Assembly (NCBI GenBank): GCA_964460785.1
Contig: CAYWQB010000001.1
Coordinates: forward strand, 244,657-308,656
DNA from: an uncultured bacterium
GTDB lineage: Bacteria > Chlamydiota > Chlamydiia > Chlamydiales > CAYWQB01
Length of the DNA stretch: 64,000 nt
Direction of reading: 5' to 3'
Under the pieces are notes generated by a model. It was not told where the DNA came from. It was given only the letters and a program-made list of their open reading frames with translations, and searched no databases. Made by a program: the position numbers and the translations under genes. Below, in pieces: positions 18,330-26,703 of this stretch (position 1 is its first letter; every line of letters starts with the position of its first letter).

Positions 18330-20201
18330 ATGGAGGGATCACATTTTCAGCTAGGACCCCAGGGAATCAGTGAAGAGTTACTAGAGGAGAAAGACTCTTC
18401 TCGCTTTACCTTCTGCTGTGATGCCTGCTCTCCTTTTTCAGACTCTTTAAAGGAAACAGCTAAGCGTCTAGCAAAAGCCTGGCTGGAAGAAGCTCTTCCA
18501 AAAGCTCAATGGACAAAAGAAGAGCTCATCCAATCTTTGCGTCTCGTCAACGAGCGGTTACGCAGTCACTTTAAAAAAGATAAGCGACGCCTCGCCTTGT
18601 CCATCGTTCTTGTTGCTGAACAACCTACAGCCAATCAGCTTTTTGTTTTTTCTTGCGGAGATATCCACCTCACCTACCTTGAAAGTAACCATCTGCAAGT
18701 TCTACATAAACCTAAGCACAGCTCTAACCTCCCCTCTGAAAGGGAGCGGTTAAAATACCTTAACCAAACATTTATTCGCTCGGCGACCCCTCATATTGAA
18801 GTTTCTACACTCCCTGCTCAAACAACACGAGGGATGGGCCTAATTCCACAATCTCTTTATCACTGTTTGACAGAAGAAGAGATCGTGGCTTTGTTGCAAA
18901 CTCCTTCAAACCTTCAAATGATTCTGGATCAACGGCAAATTTTGCTTCCTCATACAGAAGTGGTTATTTGCAAGTCTGCAAACACTCTGTCTGAACAGAT
19001 CCAAGAAGAGATGAACCCTCAGAGTATAGCTATGAGTAAAGAATCACAATCCATGACCCCTTCGGGTCTTCCCAAACCTTCACAGCAAAAATCCCCGAAA
19101 AGAAAGATGGCCCTTTCTCTTACAGTAGGAGCCATGGTGATTGCTGGTGGAGCAGGACTCTATCAACTGATGAGTGGGCCTAGTCCCACCAATCAAACCT
19201 CCTCTCAGCCTGTTGCGACCCATAGCCCTTTAGAGAACCAAACAGAGCAAACAACTCTTGTCCAACAACTGAAAGAAGAAAATAGATCTTTAACACAAGA
19301 AGTGAACCAGCTAGAGGTCAGCTTAAGAGAAGAGGTTGAAAAAAGTCAGTTTCTTCGCGATGCGCTCAATAAAGAGATGAGCAAGCAGGAGAAAGATCAA
19401 AGTGCCGTTGCTTTACTAGAGGAGAAAATTTCTCAACTTGAAGTGCAACTAGAAGAAGAGCAACGCATGAGAAAAGCAGCTCGCGCGATGCGCCTACATG
19501 CTATAACAGGGTTAAAGCGCCCTGAAGAGCAAGAAGGTGTTCCTCTCAGCCTTCCTGAGTACGAAATCTCTAAGCTAAGAGACGAAAAAGCCACTCTTGA
19601 GAGCAAGCTTGCAGACTTAGCTCTACAACATGACAACCTTGTCGCTGAAAATCAACTCCTTACAGAACAAATTGAAACACAGCATGAAAACACACCTTCC
19701 CTAGACCCCTCTGCCACACAAGAAAATGTAGCCCTCAAGCAACGAGTTGAAACGCTCGAGAGCCAACTAGCAAAAGAAAGCAAAGAAGGCGAATACTACC
19801 AAATTTCCTATGAAGCATTAAAAACAGAGCTTGAGCGGCAAAGAGAAAAAAATACCCTTCTCCAGTCTGAAGTCCACTCTCAGAAGCAAGCATATCTAGC
19901 TCTGCTACAAGACCAAGGCATTGCTCGCCCCCTTCCAAAGCTAGAGCCGACACAAAAAGAACAACCTCCTGCTCCTAATAAAACAGAAGAATCCCTCCCT
20001 GAGCATAAAAGCAGTGTCGTCCATGTGGTGCAAAAAGGAGAAACTCTGTCTGAAATTTCCATGCTTTATTATGGAAGCTCAAAGCAGTGGAAAAAGATTC
20101 TTCAAGCCAATAAAGAAAAAGTTCCAACCTCTAACCTAGTCATTGTTGGAACCGAATTGGTTATTCCTGAACCTTCAGTTAAAGGACAAAGATATGAATA
20201 A
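18330..20201 (+). CDS. Membrane protein: degenerate PP2C-like cytoplasmic domain, one TM, coiled coil, C-terminal LysM
   Basis: The TM segment is MALSLTVGAMVIAGGAGLYQLM (about nt 19107-19172). It is followed by an S/T/P/Q linker, a ~230-aa heptad region and a P-rich spacer. The LysM motif is VHVVQKGETLSEISMLYYGSSKQWKKILQANK...GTELVIP. A GAGGT SD precedes the ATG, and the stop overlaps the exbB start. Confidence 0.75.
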   Translation: MEGSHFQLGPQGISEELLEEKDSSRFTFCCDACSPFSDSLKETAKRLAKAWLEEALPKAQWTKEELIQSLRLVNERLRSHFKKDKRRLALSIVLVAEQPTANQLFVFSCGDIHLTYLESNHLQVLHKPKHSSNLPSERERLKYLNQTFIRSATPHIEVSTLPAQTTRGMGLIPQSLYHCLTEEEIVALLQTPSNLQMILDQRQILLPHTEVVICKSANTLSEQIQEEMNPQSIAMSKESQSMTPSGLPKPSQQKSPKRKMALSLTVGAMVIAGGAGLYQLMSGPSPTNQTSSQPVATHSPLENQTEQTTLVQQLKEENRSLTQEVNQLEVSLREEVEKSQFLRDALNKEMSKQEKDQSAVALLEEKISQLEVQLEEEQRMRKAARAMRLHAITGLKRPEEQEGVPLSLPEYEISKLRDEKATLESKLADLALQHDNLVAENQLLTEQIETQHENTPSLDPSATQENVALKQRVETLESQLAKESKEGEYYQISYEALKTELERQREKNTLLQSEVHSQKQAYLALLQDQGIARPLPKLEPTQKEQPPAPNKTEESLPEHKSSVVHVVQKGETLSEISMLYYGSSKQWKKILQANKEKVPTSNLVIVGTELVIPEPSVKGQRYE

Positions 20202-20922
20202 GCTGATCAATCGGCCTATGGCCTGGACTCTCCTTTGTGCTGTGTTTGCGACAGCAGGTGTTGCCCTCTTTGCTCAGCAACCGGCCCCTACTGAAGCACA
20301 AACAGTCACTCTAGACCTTGGCAAAGTGTTTAAGGGTTCCCCTATCATTTACTCTATCCTCCTTCTACTGTCGATGACTGGGTTTGTGATTTGGCTTTAC
20401 AGCCTACTCACACTAAAAACTTCCGATCTTATGCCACAAAATTTTGTTGACGAGCTGGAAGAACACCTCCATCACAAACGCTATGAAGCAGCTCAAGCTC
20501 TATGTAAAGAAGAGTCCACTCTTGCTGCTGCAATTGCAAGAAGTGGCTTAGAAGCTCGCAATGGAGGAGCCAAAGCAATTCAGGATGCTATGGAAGCAGA
20601 AGGTAAGCGCCGTGGCTTAGGCCTTTGGCAAAGAATCTCTGTCCTTAATGACATTGCAATGCTTGCTCCTATGCTTGGCTTGCTTGGGACAGTGATTGGT
20701 ATGTTCTATGCCTTCTACGATGTCAACAGGTCTACAGAAAGCTTAGCATATATTTTTGATGGCCTAGGCATTGCGATTGGAACAACCGTTTCTGGCTTAA
20801 TCGTTGCCATTGTTGCAGTCTTTTTTCATACGACTTTGAAGTTTCGATTGGTCCGCGCCCTAGCAACGGTAGAGAACCGTATGACCACTATCTGCAGCCG
20901 CATTTCTTCTCATAACTCATAA
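20194..20922 (+). CDS. exbB: MotA/TolQ/ExbB proton-channel family protein
   Basis: The C-terminal pattern LAPMLGLLGTVIGMFYAF...GLGIAIGTTVSGLIVAI is typical of TolQ/ExbB. I placed the start at the internal ATG 20194, which has an AAGGA SD and an ATGAATAA overlap with the upstream stop. The ORF-track start is 20143. Confidence 0.85.
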   Translation: MNKLINRPMAWTLLCAVFATAGVALFAQQPAPTEAQTVTLDLGKVFKGSPIIYSILLLLSMTGFVIWLYSLLTLKTSDLMPQNFVDELEEHLHHKRYEAAQALCKEESTLAAAIARSGLEARNGGAKAIQDAMEAEGKRRGLGLWQRISVLNDIAMLAPMLGLLGTVIGMFYAFYDVNRSTESLAYIFDGLGIAIGTTVSGLIVAIVAVFFHTTLKFRLVRALATVENRMTTICSRISSHNS

Positions 20923-20937
20923 TATTGGAAGAGAATC

Positions 20938-21456
20938 ATGAGCTACTTACCTGAAGAAGAAATCCAGGGAAAAGGGGGAATCAACTTAGCCCCCATGATT
21001 GACTTTCTCTTTCTAATGCTTGCTTTTTTTGCCTCTCTTGCTGTGTCAAGAGTGGCAACCAAGGAGATGGATATTGACCTAGTCAAAATAGAAGAGAAAA
21101 ACGGTGCGACTGTGCAACGAGGTGAAACAGATCGCAAGGTCATTCATGTCAGCATCTCTCCTAGTGGACAATACTTGTGGAGCACAGACCTTCACGATTA
21201 CGAGATGTCTTCTACAGAAGAGATTACAAAAGAGCTTGAAAGCCAATACCAAAGAGGACTTCTCCCTCACAGTCGTGATAAAACAAGCCTTCTTTTAAAA
21301 ATCGATCGCAGTGCCCCTTGGGAACCGATTGCACGGCTTGTTTATGAGGTACGTACAAAAGGATTTGATATTCGTCCCATTTATCAAGTTGATGAATCAA
21401 CAAGCCAAAATGAGTTGGCAGAAAACAGTGAAATACCTAAAAAGAATTCTTTCTAA
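20938..21456 (+). CDS. exbD: ExbD/TolR family protein
   Basis: The N-terminus INLAPMIDFLFLMLAFF matches the ExbD/TolR signature (inltPliDvvflLLiFF). The size fits and the gene lies immediately downstream of exbB. Confidence 0.85.
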   Translation: MSYLPEEEIQGKGGINLAPMIDFLFLMLAFFASLAVSRVATKEMDIDLVKIEEKNGATVQRGETDRKVIHVSISPSGQYLWSTDLHDYEMSSTEEITKELESQYQRGLLPHSRDKTSLLLKIDRSAPWEPIARLVYEVRTKGFDIRPIYQVDESTSQNELAENSEIPKKNSF

Positions 21457-21479
21457 TCCTATTACCCCATGAGAGTGTT

Positions 21480-21629
21480 ATGCGAGTTTTAAGCCTATGC
21501 TTTTTTAGCGCCTTTCTGCTCACTCTTTCTGCATGTTCTAAACCTCAAGCAAAAGGTGAGGTAGAGCGTATTCCTGCCGGTAAACAGCAGCATTATAAAG
21601 ACTACTACCAAACACCTCCTTTAGAGTAG
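21480..21629 (+). CDS. Small lipoprotein (49 aa), not in the ORF track
   Basis: Hand translation gives MRVLSLCFFSAFLLTLSACSKPQAKGEVERIPAGKQQHYKDYYQTPPLE*, with a canonical lipobox L-S-A-C. Its TAG stop (21627-21629) overlaps the GTG start (21629) of the next lipoprotein gene by 1 nt. Confidence 0.5.
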   Translation: MRVLSLCFFSAFLLTLSACSKPQAKGEVERIPAGKQQHYKDYYQTPPLE

Positions 21630-22987
21630 TGAAGCAGTTAATACCGCTTTTTCTTAGTCTACTCCTTCTCTCTGCATTTACTGGTTGCCAACGCACACCA
21701 AGTAAAATCCGAGCTGCTTATACAGAAGCCTATTTTCATGGGGACCTGTCAAAAGCTGAGGAAGTTCTCACCTCTAAGATGAGTCCTTCCCTTAAGCGAG
21801 GGCAATATACGGATGATGCAGATGCTATTTGGTTTCTTATGGAAAGAGGAACCATGCGTCTCCTGCAAAACCAGCCTGACCTTGCTTGTGTCGACTTCAA
21901 CCTTGCCCTGCAAGCATCGGACTACTACCAGCAAGAAGACTTTAAAGAGCAGGCCGCAAAGTTTTTACTTTCCGATGAGGTCTCTGCTTTTCAAGGTGAA
22001 GGCTATGAGCAAATCATGCTCCGCCTCTACTTTGCTTTTGCTCTTATCCAGTCTGGAGAGGAAGCGAATGGTCTTGCATTATTACGGCAGATCCAAACAT
22101 TTTCTGAATTGAGACAGGAAACCTTAAGGTCAAACAAGCTGACACAGGGTCTTGAGCAATTCAATAACCCACTAGCAGACTACCTGCTTGCTCTCTTTTT
22201 ACAAGCTGGTGGCGATCAAAGTAATGCCTCAATCCTATACCGCCGTGCCAAAAAATCTTTTCCTCCCCTCTCTAAACAGCAAGCACAGCAGCTTTTCCCT
22301 AAAACCATAGATGATGAGCAAGCGACAGTCCTTATTCTAGTGCATAATGGCAACATCCCCTACAGAGTCTCTGAATCTGCCATGCAGACAGAAGAGTCTT
22401 TAATGTTGCTGAATATTCTGCTGACAATGAATGACATCTCTAAGCCCAACCTCACCCAAATTCCTCATATCCCTGTTCCCGCTTTAAGAGATTGGCCAAA
22501 TGGCTTTCCTTGCCAGGTACAGCTCAAAATCAATGAACAATCACAACCTTTAACTTTAGCCCTTAACCTACGAGGCATTGCAGGCAAAGAGTTAGCGCAA
22601 GCTCTGCCATTAATCAAAGCGAGAGCGGCAACTCGCTACCTTTTGCGAGAGGCCACCGTCGCTTCTGCCCAGTCAAAAGACCACCTAGCTGGCTCTATCC
22701 TTGATTTGGGGATGACCCTGGCAAACAAGCTGACGCAGGCTGACACACGCTCATGGCTAAGCCTTCCGTATACAATCGGTCTTTCTCGGTGCAGCTTACC
22801 TCCAGGCAGCTACCCTCTAGAAGTCATGTGCTCGTTCCCCTCTTCAGCCTCTTCCTATTCTTTGCCAAGGTTGAAGCTGAAAAAGGGAGACCTGTGTATG
22901 ATCCATTTATTTAGCATTCATCCAGGGGTGTTTCGTTATCTTATCCCTGAGACTTTCCTAGACAAGGAGATTCCCAATGAAATTTAA
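21629..22987 (+). CDS. Lipoprotein, 452 aa, function unknown (possible helical-repeat N-terminal region)
   Basis: The signal peptide and lipobox are LLLLSAFTGC. The start is GTG. The gene overlaps the downstream gene by 11 nt and is part of the exbBD-linked lipoprotein run. Confidence 0.7.
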   Translation: MKQLIPLFLSLLLLSAFTGCQRTPSKIRAAYTEAYFHGDLSKAEEVLTSKMSPSLKRGQYTDDADAIWFLMERGTMRLLQNQPDLACVDFNLALQASDYYQQEDFKEQAAKFLLSDEVSAFQGEGYEQIMLRLYFAFALIQSGEEANGLALLRQIQTFSELRQETLRSNKLTQGLEQFNNPLADYLLALFLQAGGDQSNASILYRRAKKSFPPLSKQQAQQLFPKTIDDEQATVLILVHNGNIPYRVSESAMQTEESLMLLNILLTMNDISKPNLTQIPHIPVPALRDWPNGFPCQVQLKINEQSQPLTLALNLRGIAGKELAQALPLIKARAATRYLLREATVASAQSKDHLAGSILDLGMTLANKLTQADTRSWLSLPYTIGLSRCSLPPGSYPLEVMCSFPSSASSYSLPRLKLKKGDLCMIHLFSIHPGVFRYLIPETFLDKEIPNEI

Positions 22988-23588
22988 AACTCTCACTTTA
23001 ATGACTGCCACCTTCTGCCTACTCCTTTCTGGATGTGGAAGAAAAATCCGTACAGCAGAAGATGTCACTCCTGGACATGCAAATACTGGAGAAAGATTAG
23101 ACTGGCGCTATGGAGCCAATGACCTTAAGATCCAAACGACAAGTGTACTGGAAACGCTTATGAACCGTTGGTTCAAAAAAACACAGTACAAAGGTGAAGA
23201 GGGGAAACCCGTCATCATTGTCACGAAAGTAGAGAATGAAACAGATACTTATATTCCTACCGCAATGATTCGGGATGTTATTGAGGGAATTGCAATTGAT
23301 GATGGGCGCTTTTCGATTGCAGTTGGAAATAGTGCAGACCAGAAAGAGCTAGATGCTCTTATGGCAAAAATTCAAAAAGACCCTCTCTACAACAATGAAA
23401 GTAGAATCAAGGGCAATAAAGGAAAGGCTCCTCAGTTTCTGGCTAAAATTCGCCTTACAAAAGCAGTCACCTATCAAAAATATTATGATATTGAAGATTA
23501 CCGTATGACGGTGACGCTCTATGATATTGAGACGCAAGAAGCGATAGATTCTGCTTGGGATGTAATGCGCAAGAAGGTTGAGTTATAA
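22977..23588 (+). CDS. LpoB-like (COG3417-type) lipoprotein, 203 aa
   Basis: The lipobox is LLLSGC. The core PVIIVTKVENETDTYIPTAMIRDVIEGIAIDDGRFSIAV and the C-terminal YRMTVTLYDIETQEAIDSAW follow the E. coli LpoB pattern (VLLVDSVNNRTNGSLN...LANNGKFTLVS ... LQMQLMLVQTGEIIWSG). A GGAGA SD is present. Confidence 0.65.
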   Translation: MKFKTLTLMTATFCLLLSGCGRKIRTAEDVTPGHANTGERLDWRYGANDLKIQTTSVLETLMNRWFKKTQYKGEEGKPVIIVTKVENETDTYIPTAMIRDVIEGIAIDDGRFSIAVGNSADQKELDALMAKIQKDPLYNNESRIKGNKGKAPQFLAKIRLTKAVTYQKYYDIEDYRMTVTLYDIETQEAIDSAWDVMRKKVEL

Positions 23589-23617
23589 ACTTTCCTTAAC
23601 CCATTTAGTTTACTATT

Positions 23618-23652
23618 GCCGAAGCTACTTCGTGTAGTCTTCGGCTTTTTTA
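23618..23652 (+). terminator. Rho-independent terminator after the lipoprotein operon
   Basis: GCCGAAGCTAC (from 23618) pairs with GTAG-T-CTTCGGC (ending at 23645) around a short loop. The run TTTTTTAT follows. Confidence 0.6.
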
Positions 23653-23776
23653 TCCAATTATTTTTTCAGCCAATTAAGGTTGACTTATTACCATATTATA
23701 AATTAGTTTTGATCAACGTGTATTTAAATTTATGTAAAAAATACACACTTCTTATTGATATTAAAAGGAGTCATCC

Positions 23777-24937
23777 ATGTCTAGCTTGATCAAGTCAAGA
23801 ACAGTAATGACGGGACTGGCTATGTTTTCCATGTTTTTTGGAGCTGGTAACGTCGTTTTTCCTTTAATGCTCGGTAATCACGCTGGTGATAAGAGTATTG
23901 TGGCTGTGCTTGGTTTGGTGATTACGGGGATTATCGTCCCCTTCTCAGGTTTGCTAGCGATGATTCTTTTTCAAGGAGACTATAAGCAGTTTTTTGGGCG
24001 CTTAGGAAAAATTCCTGGAGCGATTCTAATCCTTTTGATCATGGCCCTAATTGGTCCATTTGCAGGGATCCCTCGCTGTATTACCCTCTCCCACTCTACG
24101 TTGGCTTTTTCAGGGTTAACGACCCCCTTATGGCTGTTTAGCCTTATTGCCTGTGGGATCGTTTTCTTAATGAGCTTCCGGAAGAGCTGCATCGTTTCAA
24201 TCCTGGGAAATATCCTAACCCCCTTACTGCTTGTTTCCTTGGTGATTATCATTGTCCAAGGCCTCTTTGCAGCTTCGGATCCTATTTCTGTCGAGCATAC
24301 AAACCTCGATGTATTCCTTACAGGACTGAAGGAGGGGTATAACACCCTTGATCTTCCTGCTGCCTTTTTCTTCTCCATGGTCATTCTTGCAAAGATCCGA
24401 GAGCAAAGAGAAAATTTTGATGATAGCTCAAGCAGGCACCAAGCTTTGACAACGCTAAAATCAAGTGTCATCGGTGCATCACTTCTTATTTTGATCTATG
24501 TTGGCATGTGTCGCGTAGCCTCTCTACATAGCTCTGTATTTTCTGAAGTACAAGCGGATCAGCTACTTGCAGCCATTGCTATGGAGATCTTGGGAACAAA
24601 AGCAGGTTTAATAGCCAACTTAGCTGTCGCTCTTGCCTGCTTAACAACATCTATTGTCCTAGCCTGTGTATTTGCTGAGTTTTTAAGAGACTCGGTCTTT
24701 ATGAAAAAGGTCGCGTATATTCCTTGCCTTCTTCTTACACTTGCGATCACTTGGTTGATGAGTGAACTTGGATTTATGAAAATTTTGCAGCTTGTGGCTC
24801 CAATTGTAGCCCTATGCTACCCGATCTTCATTGCCCTAACTTACCTGAATATTGCATATAAGCTATGGCACTTTAAGCCAATCAAAGCAATTGCGCTGGC
24901 TGTGTTTGCAATATCCTTGCTATTTACACTTTGGTAA
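23777..24937 (+). CDS. brnQ: Branched-chain amino acid transport system II carrier (LIVCS family)
   Basis: The N-terminal motif FSMFFGAGNVVFPLMLG is the BrnQ signature. The protein is 386 aa and polytopic. An AAGGAG SD lies 8 nt upstream. Confidence 0.85.
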   Translation: MSSLIKSRTVMTGLAMFSMFFGAGNVVFPLMLGNHAGDKSIVAVLGLVITGIIVPFSGLLAMILFQGDYKQFFGRLGKIPGAILILLIMALIGPFAGIPRCITLSHSTLAFSGLTTPLWLFSLIACGIVFLMSFRKSCIVSILGNILTPLLLVSLVIIIVQGLFAASDPISVEHTNLDVFLTGLKEGYNTLDLPAAFFFSMVILAKIREQRENFDDSSSRHQALTTLKSSVIGASLLILIYVGMCRVASLHSSVFSEVQADQLLAAIAMEILGTKAGLIANLAVALACLTTSIVLACVFAEFLRDSVFMKKVAYIPCLLLTLAITWLMSELGFMKILQLVAPIVALCYPIFIALTYLNIAYKLWHFKPIKAIALAVFAISLLFTLW

Positions 24938-24947
24938 TTTTTAGATA

Positions 24948-24975
24948 GTAGGGCCTGCGGGCCCTACAGTTTTTT
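24948..24975 (+). terminator. Rho-independent terminator after brnQ
   Basis: GTAGGGCC (24948-24955) pairs with GGCCCTAC (24960-24967) around a 4-nt loop. The sequence AGTTTTTT follows. Confidence 0.6.
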
Positions 24976-24985
24976 GGAGAAAAAT

Positions 24986-26218
24986 ATGTTGCGCTCTCGC
25001 CCTATGCTTCCGCTGTTTTTGACAGTTTTTTTTGGTTTTGTAGGGATTAGCCTCCCCTTTCCAATCTTTTCCCCTCTACTTCTCTCTTCAAATAGTCCTC
25101 TGATGGACCCGGCCACTTCAGAAAGCACACGGGGGATCTTTCTTGGCCTGCTTTTAAGCATCTACCCTTTTGGCCAGTTTATTGGGGCTCCAATCTTAGG
25201 ACAAATGTCTGATCACTGGGGAAGAAAGCGCCTGTTAGTTATCTCCTTATCAGGAACTTTCCTTGCTCATCTAGCTACGGCCTATTTTTTGATCTTCCCT
25301 TCCTATATTGGTATTTTTTGTGCGCGTTTTTTTTGTGGACTGATGGAGAGCAACGTCGCTATCGCTCAATCTGCAGCAGCAGATTTAGGCCGAGGATCGA
25401 TTGAAGCTAAAACAAAGAACTTTAGTCTAATTAATACAGCTTCTTACTTAGGCTTTTTACTTGGTCCCTTTTTAGGCGGGCTCTTTGGAGACCCTAAGAT
25501 GGGCTTCCCATACTTCTTACCTTTTATTCTTGCTTCTCTATTTTGTGGAGCAACTATTGCGGTGGTTGTTTTGATGTTTCAAGACACAACACGCAAAGCC
25601 ATCGATCAGAAAAGAATCCAACTACTTTCCTCCATTCGAAGGCTTACAAATAGTTGGCGTAACAGAGACCTACGCTTTTTCTACCTACTCAACTTTTTGC
25701 TCTTCATGAGCATGTATTTCTTCTTTCAGTTTTATGCACCCTTTACGGTCGTTCGCTTCCAGTTCACTCCTTTTTGGATTGCTATGGTTAGCGCTTATCT
25801 ATCTTTAGCGATGACGCTAAGTCAGATATTTTTGGTACATCGGGTGACCCGTTGGTTAGGTCCTGCACAAGCGACATTATATTCTGCAGCAGGTATTACT
25901 GTAGGCTTATGGTTAACCCTTACTGTCCAACATGCAGTTGTGATGGCTCTAACCATCCCCTTCTGTGCTCTTTTCTTTGCAACTGCCATGACCAACATTT
26001 CCGTTCTTATCTCTAATGCAGCAGGCGATGAACAACAGGGAGAAGCAATGGGAATTACGCAGTCAACACAAGTCCTAGGCGAAGGTTTTGTTTGCCTGGT
26101 TGGAGGTTATGCATTCGGTTTGTTTCACTACCTCCCCTTTTTCATTGGAGGCTGTATTGCTTTAGCGACTTTCGGTATGGTCTTCTTGATGATTAGAAGA
26201 GGGCGACGATCGTACTAA
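24986..26218 (+). CDS. MFS transporter (DHA1-like drug/H+ antiporter family)
   Basis: MFS motif A is present as GQMSDHWGRKRLL, and the protein has a ~12-TM profile. I placed the start at ATG 24986, which has a GGAG SD at 24976-24979. The ORF-track TTG at 24974 sits inside the terminator T-tract. Confidence 0.8.
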   Translation: MLRSRPMLPLFLTVFFGFVGISLPFPIFSPLLLSSNSPLMDPATSESTRGIFLGLLLSIYPFGQFIGAPILGQMSDHWGRKRLLVISLSGTFLAHLATAYFLIFPSYIGIFCARFFCGLMESNVAIAQSAAADLGRGSIEAKTKNFSLINTASYLGFLLGPFLGGLFGDPKMGFPYFLPFILASLFCGATIAVVVLMFQDTTRKAIDQKRIQLLSSIRRLTNSWRNRDLRFFYLLNFLLFMSMYFFFQFYAPFTVVRFQFTPFWIAMVSAYLSLAMTLSQIFLVHRVTRWLGPAQATLYSAAGITVGLWLTLTVQHAVVMALTIPFCALFFATAMTNISVLISNAAGDEQQGEAMGITQSTQVLGEGFVCLVGGYAFGLFHYLPFFIGGCIALATFGMVFLMIRRGRRSY

Positions 26219-26686
26219 CTGGTCGTTGTTATCCTCTTCACTCGCATCTACAAGGTTTCCTACACTGACTACTGGATAATCAGACTCAACCCATGCGGGG
26301 AATCCTTCCCTAAAGTAGTAGACATGAGTAAACCCCCACTGGACTGCTCTCTCAACAGCTAGGGAACTTCGTAAACAGCGAGGACCATTACAGTAAACCA
26401 CAAACTCCTGTGTGCGGTCAGGAAACTCTTGTTCAAGGCGAGCTTCGGAGAATTCTTTAATCAAATCGATGTGTATGGACTTGGGTACTCTTCCCCACTT
26501 CCATGCTTTTTTTGAACGAACATCCACAAATGGGACATGACGGTCATGCAATGCTTTTGCATCTTCCACACTCACCGTAGTGGCTCCTGAAACCATTTGA
26601 GGGGCCTCTCTTCCTCCTCGGGCACTTAGAGAAGAAAGCATTGTGCAGCTAAATACAATTAGGCAGACAGCCCTTACCTTAAACAT
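26162..26686 (-). CDS. Secreted rhodanese-domain protein
   Basis: The signal peptide is MFKVRAVCLIVFSCTMLSSLSA. The rhodanese core is FVDVRS...VVYCNGPRCLRS...GFPAW, with the active-site Cys loop CNGPRC. The acidic/Ser-rich tail overlaps the MFS gene 3' end by 57 nt. Confidence 0.75.
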   Translation of the reverse strand: MFKVRAVCLIVFSCTMLSSLSARGGREAPQMVSGATTVSVEDAKALHDRHVPFVDVRSKKAWKWGRVPKSIHIDLIKEFSEARLEQEFPDRTQEFVVYCNGPRCLRSSLAVERAVQWGFTHVYYFREGFPAWVESDYPVVSVGNLVDASEEDNNDQLVRSSPSSNHQEDHTESR

Positions 26687-26703
26687 AACCCCTCACTCTT
26701 TAC

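Noticed and set aside
23980-24471. A 163-aa minus-strand ORF inside brnQ. There are similar cases at 15010..15450 in NSS2, 29667..30071 in oppA, 40395..40715 in sdaA and 52449..52790 in rnr.
   Set aside because: Each is antisense to a confidently identified conserved gene and has no independent signals. They are typical spurious shadow ORFs.
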